Part shown: positions 1 through 6,260 of the stretch, piece by piece
Layout of the letters: the number at the start of each line of letters is the position of its first letter
Position numbering within the stretch: the stretch's first letter is position 1
Assembly (NCBI GenBank): GCA_041739675.1
Contig: JBGSNL010000054.1
Coordinates: 1 to 12,583, forward strand
DNA: 12,583 nucleotides
Reading direction: 5' to 3'
From: a bacterium
GTDB lineage: Bacteria > UBA10199 > 2-02-FULL-44-16 > DYJF01
Program-made: the position numbers and the translations under genes
Notes under the pieces: model-generated
Databases searched by the model: none
What the model saw: only the letters and a program-made list of their open reading frames with translations
Told to the model about the DNA's origin: nothing

Positions 1-710
1 GCCGGAGCCGGCGGCGCGCCGGACTCGGCCGGCGGAACGGAACCCGACGAACTGTCGTCGTCTTTTTGTTGTTCCAGAACGTCGATCACTTCCCAGATGG
101 CAAGCCTCGATTGGTCAAATTTGTGCATGGGATACAGCTGACCGTCGTATGACGCAATCCAGTTGACGCTCTCGACAAAATCTCTGGGCATGCGCGGTTT
201 TCCGTCTTTCCACCAGACAAGACCCAGAAGCCGCGTCCCCACAAGCTCGAAAAACGGGTCCCCCCACCTCATTATTTTTCTTATGGCGGAAAGGGCCCCT
301 TCTTCCTCCGCGGTAAAACGCCGCATCCTGATTTCGTCCGTGATTTTCGCCAAAACCGCGATCGATTCGCGGGATCTGACCTGCCGGGACATATCGACAT
401 AATTGGCGATGAGCTCTCTGTGAAAAATTTCGCGAGGCGATGAATCAGGGCAACCCCTTGATACGAGAAATTGATCGAAAGACTGGGGCAGCGCAACATG
501 AAGGACGGGAACGCCTGAAATCCGCCGGACGAAATCAAATCCCGTCAGCGCCCTGTGATAATTGTCAAGCTGCCTTCCGGGATCGGATGATACGCCGCAT
601 CTCTGATCGAAGATACCCGAAAGATTACTGTAATATCCCGCCACCTGAGAGTTCGTCAGATGCTCATCACCCGTCCACCGCCTGATCGCCTGATTCGGAT
701 CAATCGCCAT
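1..710 (-). CDS. Hypothetical protein, 3' end runs off the window (>=236 aa); not in supplied ORF track
   Basis: Manual translation: ATG at 710-708 and no stop down to position 3 (MAIDPNQAIRRWTGDEHLTNSQVAGYYSNLSGIFDQ...LLGLVWWKDGKPRMPRDFVESVNWIASYDGQLYPMHKFDQSRLAIWEVIDVLEQQKDDDSSSGSVPPAESGAPPAP). RBS-like AAAGGA lies 5 nt upstream, and the start is 15 nt after the stop of the beta-CASP gene. No family recognised. Confidence 0.8.
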   Translation of the reverse strand, partial: MAIDPNQAIRRWTGDEHLTNSQVAGYYSNLSGIFDQRCGVSSDPGRQLDNYHRALTGFDFVRRISGVPVLHVALPQSFDQFLVSRGCPDSSPREIFHRELIANYVDMSRQVRSRESIAVLAKITDEIRMRRFTAEEEGALSAIRKIMRWGDPFFELVGTRLLGLVWWKDGKPRMPRDFVESVNWIASYDGQLYPMHKFDQSRLAIWEVIDVLEQQKDDDSSSGSVPPAESGAPPAP

Positions 711-725
711 GGTTGTCCTTTCAGA

Positions 726-2105
726 TCATAATTCGGCTTTCTCCAAATACTTGGGTATCGAGACGTTCCACTTGAGCTCTTCTTCTATGTGCTGCTTCAT
801 CGCTGCGGCCGCATCCGGTTCCGCATGAACCAGAAAAGTCGTCTTGGGCGGGCTCTCAAAGCCTTTCAGCCACCTTATTATTTCGCGCCAGTCCGCGTGG
901 GCGGAAAGCGATTCGATGAATTCCACTTCCGCTTTCACGGCAACGGGCATGCCGTGAATTTTTATCGCCTTGGCGCCGTCTAAAATAGCGCGTCCGCGCG
1001 TGCCCGCCGCCTGAAAACCGGTTATCACGAGCGTGGAGTTGGGATCGGGAAGATAAGCCTTCAGATGGTGGAGGATGCGCCCGCCCGTCATCATGCCAGA
1101 TGACGATATGATGATCGCGGGTTCGTCGAGATTGTTGAGATGTTTTGATTCCTCCGATTCCTGAATCTGTTTCAGGCGCCTCGGCTGGAACGCCTCGCCC
1201 GGCGTGATCCCGTTCTTGAAGAAATTGTGCTCACGCATGAACCTGATATAGATGTCGGTGGCGTCTATCGCCAGCGGGCTGTTGAGGAAAATGGGGATGT
1301 CGGGAAGTCTTCCCTGTTTTTCAAGTTTTTTCAGGATGTATAAGACTTCCTGCGTGCGCCCCACTGCGAATGCGGGGATGATGACCTTGCCGCCGCGGTC
1401 CACCGTCCTGTTTATTATTCCCTCGAAGCGGTCCAGAATATTTTCTTCCTCGTGCAGCCTGTCGCCGTAAGTCGCCTCAAGCACAAGATACGTGACCGAT
1501 TTCACCTGCCCGGGGTCGACCGCGATGAGCGAGTCATATCCGCCTATGTCGCCCGCGAACAGGATGTTGAAGTGGCGTCTTTTCTCGTCGATCGACATGT
1601 TTATGAACCGGGCTCCCAGAATATGGCCCGCGGGGCGGAGCATCATGCGAACATTTCCCGCAAGCTCCAGCCAGTCGCGGTCGGGGCACGCCTTCAGATA
1701 CTGAAGCGAGTTCATCGCGTCGGCGTAGGTGTAGAGCGCCAGAGGGGGATGATGTTTTGAAAATCCCTTCCTCGCGGCGAATCTCGCGTCTTCCTCCTGA
1801 AGATAGCCGGAATCGGGGAGCAGAATCTTGCAGAGCTCCACGGTGGATTCCGAAGCGTAGACAGGCCTGTCATAGCCGCGGTTCGTGAGAACCGGGAGAT
1901 AGCCCGAATGGTCTATGTGCGCGTGAGTGAGTATGATCGCGTTCAGCTGGCTCTCATCGATCGGAAGGACCTGCCAGTTCCTCTCACGCAGCTCCTTCAA
2001 ACCCTGGAAGAGTCCGCACTCGATGAGCCATGAATCGGTCTGATTACTTAGATGGAATTTCGAACCTGTGACAGTGCCGGTGGCGCCGAGGAATTGAAGT
2101 TTCAC
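726..2105 (-). CDS. MBL-fold beta-CASP ribonuclease (CPSF73/Ysh1-like, TTHA0252-type)
   Basis: N-terminal FLGATGTVTGS, THAHIDHSG (HxHxDH), AGHILG, FAGDIG, EATYGDRLH, IPAFAVGRTQE, SSSGMMTGGRILHHL, GFQAAGTRGR, SAHAD, LVHAE. GTG start. Confidence 0.93.
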   Translation of the reverse strand: MKLQFLGATGTVTGSKFHLSNQTDSWLIECGLFQGLKELRERNWQVLPIDESQLNAIILTHAHIDHSGYLPVLTNRGYDRPVYASESTVELCKILLPDSGYLQEEDARFAARKGFSKHHPPLALYTYADAMNSLQYLKACPDRDWLELAGNVRMMLRPAGHILGARFINMSIDEKRRHFNILFAGDIGGYDSLIAVDPGQVKSVTYLVLEATYGDRLHEEENILDRFEGIINRTVDRGGKVIIPAFAVGRTQEVLYILKKLEKQGRLPDIPIFLNSPLAIDATDIYIRFMREHNFFKNGITPGEAFQPRRLKQIQESEESKHLNNLDEPAIIISSSGMMTGGRILHHLKAYLPDPNSTLVITGFQAAGTRGRAILDGAKAIKIHGMPVAVKAEVEFIESLSAHADWREIIRWLKGFESPPKTTFLVHAEPDAAAAMKQHIEEELKWNVSIPKYLEKAEL

Positions 2106-2111
2106 ACCGGC

Positions 2112-2140
2112 ATTTTACAATTTTGTAAAACAGTTGGCAA
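2112..2140 (-). promoter_or_regulatory. sigma70-type promoter for the beta-CASP gene (TTGCCA-17-TAAAAT), probably leaderless
   Basis: -35 at 2140-2135, -10 at 2117-2112 preceded by TG-rich sequence, 17-bp spacer. There are 6 nt between the -10 and GTG 2105, and no SD. Confidence 0.7.
2113..2130. promoter_or_regulatory. Perfect inverted repeat TTTTACAA-TT-TTGTAAAA, candidate operator
   Basis: 8-bp arms with a 2-bp spacer in the 64-bp divergent intergenic region, overlapping the -10 and spacer of the minus-strand promoter. Confidence 0.5.
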
Positions 2141-2162
2141 ACATTTCATGCAATGTTATCAG
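2134..2162 (+). promoter_or_regulatory. Candidate sigma70 promoter for the phosphodiesterase gene (TTGGCA-17-TGnTATCAG)
   Basis: -35 at 2134-2139, extended TG at 2154-2155, imperfect -10 at 2157-2162. It sits 7 nt before ATG 2170, with no SD. Confidence 0.45.
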
Positions 2163-2169
2163 CTGACGC

Positions 2170-4017
2170 ATGAAAAAGTTCTTGTCTTTTGTTTCTTGCA
2201 TCTTGTCGCTTGTTTTCTGTTTCTCCGCATTTGCATCACCTCCGCAGATCAACGACGTCTACGTCGTCCACTTCGTCATGGACGGAATGAACAGACGCAT
2301 ATTCAACGCCCTGCTGGATTCGGGAAAGCTTCCCAATGTCAAAGAGCATTTTGTAGATAACGGGGCGGTCTTCAAAGACGCACTTTCAAATTTTCCTTCG
2401 ACCTCTCCCACAATCTACCAGAGCTACGTCACAGGCCTTTTGCCGGGCAACTCCGGCATCCCGCATCTGGAGCGCTTCGACCGGAAAAATGAGAAAGTGA
2501 TCGGATATCTGACCACAAGCGGCTATCTCAAGATCAACGACGATATGATCAATATGCGGGCGCTCCAGAACCCCGATGTCGCCAGGCTTCAGCCGCCGAC
2601 AACGATATACGAGCTTCTTGACGGTCATCCGACATTTTCGCTCTACTCCTCGTTCAGACGCGGCGCCGCGGACTATTTTCCCAAGCGCGTACCCATTCAT
2701 GCGCTCTGGTCCACGTACGTGACCGACAGCGCCGAAAATATCGACTACCTTGCGTACAAGAAAATCTTCGATATTTTTAAAAAGGCCGATATCCCGCGTT
2801 ACATGCTTGTCGGGCTCTATTCCGTTGATGTCTTGGAACACGAATTCGAGATCGAGAGCAAACGCGTGGAGCATGCCGTGGTTCAATTCGATCTCTTTCT
2901 GAAAGAGTTTTTGGAACTCTTGAAAGAGCGCGGCATCGCCGATAGGACCTATCTAATTTTGTCGGCGGATCATGGAATGCACGACACCGGAAAACGCTTC
3001 GACCTTGAAAAACCGCTCATCGAGGCCGGCGTCTTCATAAAACCCGGCAATCCCAAGATCCACAGCTACACCCTCTATACAGCCGACCGCGGCATCAGTT
3101 CGACGCACATCTATGTGAAGCATGACGGAGGATGGGAACCGATAGAAAGCGCGGACATATTGCGCGATCATCCGAAGAAAGGCGGCGGCACAATCGATCT
3201 TACGCAAACGCTCCTGTCCCTTGAGCCAACGATGTTTGTTATCGCCCGCGATGGGGAGCGTGCGGCGCGGATTTTTGACAAGCACGGGGGCGAATCGCGA
3301 ATCGAATGTTATTCGCTGAAATTCACTGACTGGTGCAGCTATCGTGTGGCCGATAACCGCTCCGACCCTCTTCATTATAAGGGCCGGGCCCATCTTACGC
3401 GTCTCTTGGATGGAGAGCCGCACAGCACATTGGAATGGAAAGCCGCCGCCGTGAATGAAGATTATCCCGATGCCGTAGTTCAGCTGGCGCAGATTTTCTG
3501 GGATGGCCGCGCGGGCGATTTTTTCGTTATACCGGAATCGCAGTGGGGATTCAGAAAAGCAAAAGCGGCGACCCACGGCTCGATTATTTTTGACGACATG
3601 CGCGTGCCGATACTTATATCGGGGCCCACCGTTCAAAAAGGCAGCTTCGGCGTGATTAGAAGCTGCGATATTTATCCGATGCTCGTCAAATGGTTCGGGC
3701 TCCATGTGCCTGAAGAGAATTACGACGGCGTCGACCCGTTTGAAAAGATATCCCCGGAATCAAAAGAATGGCAACAGCTTGCAAAACTGGAGCAGACCGT
3801 TGCGGGAGGGGGAAATGCCCGCGCGTCGGGAAGAATCGCAGCCCTTGCGCGTGAAGAATTGAAACGCAGGCAGGATCTTGCCCAAAAACTGGAGGTGTAT
3901 GAATTGGAATTGACGAGAGGGCCCACTAAAGACGATCATGCGGATATCGTGCGGCGGGCGCTCGAATTGACAAGAGAGCGTGCAAAACGGATGCAGAAAC
4001 TACTGGGAACCATTTAG
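2170..4017 (+). CDS. Secreted alkaline phosphatase superfamily protein (nucleotide pyrophosphatase/type I phosphodiesterase-like)
   Basis: Signal peptide (MKK, hydrophobic stretch, AFA). Metal-ligand motifs VMDGM, FPSTSP, DVLEH, SADHGM and THGS...DMRVPILISGP. C-terminal helical extension. Confidence 0.85.
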   Translation: MKKFLSFVSCILSLVFCFSAFASPPQINDVYVVHFVMDGMNRRIFNALLDSGKLPNVKEHFVDNGAVFKDALSNFPSTSPTIYQSYVTGLLPGNSGIPHLERFDRKNEKVIGYLTTSGYLKINDDMINMRALQNPDVARLQPPTTIYELLDGHPTFSLYSSFRRGAADYFPKRVPIHALWSTYVTDSAENIDYLAYKKIFDIFKKADIPRYMLVGLYSVDVLEHEFEIESKRVEHAVVQFDLFLKEFLELLKERGIADRTYLILSADHGMHDTGKRFDLEKPLIEAGVFIKPGNPKIHSYTLYTADRGISSTHIYVKHDGGWEPIESADILRDHPKKGGGTIDLTQTLLSLEPTMFVIARDGERAARIFDKHGGESRIECYSLKFTDWCSYRVADNRSDPLHYKGRAHLTRLLDGEPHSTLEWKAAAVNEDYPDAVVQLAQIFWDGRAGDFFVIPESQWGFRKAKAATHGSIIFDDMRVPILISGPTVQKGSFGVIRSCDIYPMLVKWFGLHVPEENYDGVDPFEKISPESKEWQQLAKLEQTVAGGGNARASGRIAALAREELKRRQDLAQKLEVYELELTRGPTKDDHADIVRRALELTRERAKRMQKLLGTI

Positions 4018-4020
4018 ATC

Positions 4021-4443
4021 ATGCTTCGATTTTTCTTTCAAAGGCACGGATTCATGGTCAGGCTGATGGAGACGATAGGTCTTGCCGGAATTTTATGTAT
4101 TTCATGGCTCGCCTTCAAAGACCGGCTCACTTCGCTTCAGCTGATTTTGTTCGTCGCAATCGTAGCCATGTACGCGTTTCTCCGCTTTTGCATGATGTGG
4201 CGCTGGTATCGGGCGGCTTCAAGATCCGCCGGAATCGCGCTCCAGTTTGAAAAGGCGCTGGTACCGACGAGCTACATCCTCGCGGTAATGTTGTGGCTCT
4301 TCGTCGTTTCCGGAAACTCCATCGTCTTGGCGATCGCAGCTTTTCTCGTTGCAGTGGTCGCACACGTGAACGTAATTCTTCTTTATCTCCACTTCAAGGA
4401 TCGCGATAGGACCCCGGTTAATTCATATGGCATGACGCACTAG
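4021..4443 (+). CDS. Hypothetical integral membrane protein (about 4 TM segments)
   Basis: 140 aa with four hydrophobic stretches. Starts 3 nt after the upstream stop. Confidence 0.8.
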   Translation: MLRFFFQRHGFMVRLMETIGLAGILCISWLAFKDRLTSLQLILFVAIVAMYAFLRFCMMWRWYRAASRSAGIALQFEKALVPTSYILAVMLWLFVVSGNSIVLAIAAFLVAVVAHVNVILLYLHFKDRDRTPVNSYGMTH

Positions 4444-4471
4444 TATCGTGCGGCAAAAAATCACCATCTTA

Positions 4472-4484
4472 CAACGTATTGATA
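4472..4484 (-). promoter_or_regulatory. IHF consensus site
   Basis: Minus strand reads TATCAATACGTTG, an exact match to WATCAANNNNTTR, in AT-rich intergenic DNA. Confidence 0.5.
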
Positions 4485-4520
4485 TCATGACAATATTCAT
4501 CAGCCAAATCGTAATAGTTC

Positions 4521-4549
4521 TGGACAATCATGACGCATTATAATAAAAG
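4521..4549 (+). promoter_or_regulatory. Candidate sigma70 promoter(s) for the 4580-6260 operon
   Basis: TGGACA (4521-4526), 17 bp, TAAAAG (4544-4549). There is also a perfect TATAAT at 4539-4544 with no good -35 at 17 bp. Confidence 0.45.
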
Positions 4550-4580
4550 GTGAAAGCTCAAAGCTGAAAGGTCAAAGGGA
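4546..4580 (+). repeat. Degenerate tandem heptamer repeat, 5 x AAAG(G/C)T(G/C)
   Basis: AAAGGTG AAAGCTC AAAGCTG AAAGGTC AAAGGGA, ending on the A of ATG 4580. Confidence 0.8.
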
Positions 4581-4744
4581 TGCCGTCGCTCAATGAATTT
4601 TTAAACAACTTCACTTGGAAGGATATCCTTCTCACGATTTTCATATTCGCGATCATCATCGGAGCGCGCGAGGGTTCGTCCCTCGGCGTCTTCAGGAGGA
4701 AAAAACACCATGCCTCATCGCCGCCGGAGTCACCAAAGGGCTAG
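4580..4744 (+). CDS. Small single-pass membrane protein (54 aa) with TatA/E-like N-terminus; below ORF-track cutoff
   Basis: MPSLNEFLNNFTWKDILLTIFIFAIIIGAREGSSLGVFRRKKHHASSPPESPKG*. One TM segment with a positive-inside RRKK, and AAAGG upstream. Overlaps the next gene by 35 nt. Confidence 0.6.
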   Translation: MPSLNEFLNNFTWKDILLTIFIFAIIIGAREGSSLGVFRRKKHHASSPPESPKG

Positions 4745-5051
4745 CCAAGCGCCGGACCTGAATGAAACAAAGGCGCACATCTTCGTCGCGGGGCACGAGC
4801 TTCTGAAGGCCGCGGAGGGCGTGCTCAAATTCTGCAAGTGCTACGTCGAGGAAACGAGCAAAGAAAAACCGCATCCGCAACTTGTCCAGTTTTTTGCCAA
4901 GGCGATAAATGTCGCCGGAGAGCTGGGTTCCAGCATGATGTCGCAAACCCCGCTCAAACATATGATGGAGAAGGTGACAAAACCCTTCTGCGATACAATC
5001 GAGCAGGAGATGCGCACCAGAAAACCGGCCAAGAAAAGGAAGAGAAAATGA
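4710..5051 (+). CDS. Hypothetical helical protein with basic termini (113 aa)
   Basis: Strong SD AGGAGG upstream. The stop overlaps the next start (ATGA). Ends in RTRKPAKKRKRK. Confidence 0.8.
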   Translation: MPHRRRSHQRASQAPDLNETKAHIFVAGHELLKAAEGVLKFCKCYVEETSKEKPHPQLVQFFAKAINVAGELGSSMMSQTPLKHMMEKVTKPFCDTIEQEMRTRKPAKKRKRK

Positions 5052-5509
5052 CGCAAAAGACACCCAAAATCATAAAGCGTTATCAGAATAGAAAGCTCTA
5101 TGACACCTCGGATTCCTGCTATGTCACGCTTGAGGATATCAGCGACATGATAAAACAGGGCGAAGAGGTGCAGGTGATCGACAACGAAACAAAAGAGGAT
5201 CTGACAGCGGTGACTCTTGCACAGATCATCTTCGAGGAGCAGAAGAAAAAAACTCATGTGCTTCCGCTCAACACCTTCACGCAGATCATCCAGAGCGGCA
5301 GCGAGGCGTTGCGCGACCTTGTTACCCGCGGCGCGAGGGAGCTGGGGCATGTGAGAGAGTTCGTCGACGACAAAGTGAGACCGGCGGTTGAAAACATCCA
5401 GAGCATCCCGGCGGTTCAGGCCGAAATGGAAAACCTGAAAAAGAAAATAGAGGCGCTTGAAAGAAAACTGGGCGAGAACGAGAAAAAGGGGCGCACGAGA
5501 TCCCGATAA
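5048..5509 (+). CDS. PhaR-like polyhydroxyalkanoate synthesis regulator, DNA-binding domain protein (153 aa)
   Basis: IIKRYQNRKLYDTSDSCYVTLEDI...VQVIDNETKEDLTAVTLAQII is the PHB_acc_N signature. C-terminal coiled coil. Likely start is ATG 5048 (ATGA overlap), not 4838. Confidence 0.88.
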   Translation: MTQKTPKIIKRYQNRKLYDTSDSCYVTLEDISDMIKQGEEVQVIDNETKEDLTAVTLAQIIFEEQKKKTHVLPLNTFTQIIQSGSEALRDLVTRGARELGHVREFVDDKVRPAVENIQSIPAVQAEMENLKKKIEALERKLGENEKKGRTRSR

Positions 5510-5513
5510 ATAA

Positions 5514-6260
5514 ATGACCCGCAAGCTCATCTTTGCAATCATCTTCACCCTGCTTATCTCCACGATCTCCCACCGGGCGTTTGCCTACCGCCTTCCGCCG
5601 TGTTCGGTCGCGGACGACGAATGGCAGATATCGGCCGAAGAAGTGCTGTTAAAATACATGACTGCGCGCGAGGAGCTCGCCAGTGAAGTCGACACGGCCC
5701 GCCTTGAGGAGCACAGGCGGAACTCGAAGATCAGGCTGACAGCCGGCGAGCGCAAAGTTGCACAGAATTACGACGACATCCTCGTGAAAATAAAGTTCTG
5801 GGAGGAAGTTGCAGCCCTAAAGGATTCTCTTTCCGCCTTGCACGGTACTCATCCTCCCAAGGATGCGGTGGTGGAAGCCGACGCGATGGCAAAGGAGATC
5901 ATCGACACGCTTTACGCCCTCTCCCAGAAGTGGCGGATAGGCTCCGCCCTTTTCACGAACTTTCTCATCAATCTGGGCATGAAGGACAAGGGCTTCTGTT
6001 ACCACTATGCCGCAAACTTGAGAAAGGCGCTCATGAAGCGATCATGGAACCGCTTCGACCTGCACTGGGGAGCCGCATGGGAGTTCACGTTCCGCGAGAG
6101 CAATGCAATGATCATCACGGCAAAAGGCCGTCCGTTTGAGGAGGGCCTGGCCGTGGATCCGTGGCGGACAGCTGGAAAACCTTTCTGGACGCCGGTGAAG
6201 GGCGATCGCTTTCCTTGGGTGGAAGGTTTCAACATCGAGGAAAAATACGAGGTAGATTAG
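5514..6260 (+). CDS. Secreted hypothetical protein with transglutaminase/papain-like motif pattern
   Basis: Signal peptide ending AFA. Helical N-half. C-half has GFCYHYA...LHWG...ESNAMII...AVDPWR. Starts 4 nt after the upstream stop. Confidence 0.75.
   Translation: MTRKLIFAIIFTLLISTISHRAFAYRLPPCSVADDEWQISAEEVLLKYMTAREELASEVDTARLEEHRRNSKIRLTAGERKVAQNYDDILVKIKFWEEVAALKDSLSALHGTHPPKDAVVEADAMAKEIIDTLYALSQKWRIGSALFTNFLINLGMKDKGFCYHYAANLRKALMKRSWNRFDLHWGAAWEFTFRESNAMIITAKGRPFEEGLAVDPWRTAGKPFWTPVKGDRFPWVEGFNIEEKYEVD

Noticed and set aside
163..685. Track ORFs 163..402 (+), 281..538 (-), 440..685 (+)
   Set aside because: All overlap the longer SD-led minus-strand frame 710 to <1 and show no recognisable features.
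2386..3926. Long antisense ORFs 2386..2886, 2953..3705, 3720..3926
   Set aside because: Shadow frames of the phosphodiesterase gene, with no motifs or SD.
726..4017. Nuclease plus phosphodiesterase as an anti-phage defence or CRISPR-associated locus
   Set aside because: The beta-CASP protein looks like the widespread housekeeping type and the phosphodiesterase is secreted. I saw no array, cyclase, integrase or compositional break.
4428..4537. sigma54 promoter suggested by the IHF site and TGGCA/TGGACA words (also TTGGCA at 2134 and 7005)
   Set aside because: None has GC at the required GG-N10-GC spacing.
4838..5047. 70-aa N-terminal extension of the PhaR-like ORF, or a frameshift fusion
   Set aside because: The PHB_acc_N domain normally begins at the N-terminus, ATG 5048 has an ATGA coupling, and the extension lies inside the 4710..5051 gene.
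4692..5573. Minus-strand ORFs 4692..5063, 4841..5563, 5322..5573
   Set aside because: Antisense to well-supported coupled + genes. Their hydrophobic look comes from reverse-complemented Lys/Glu codons.
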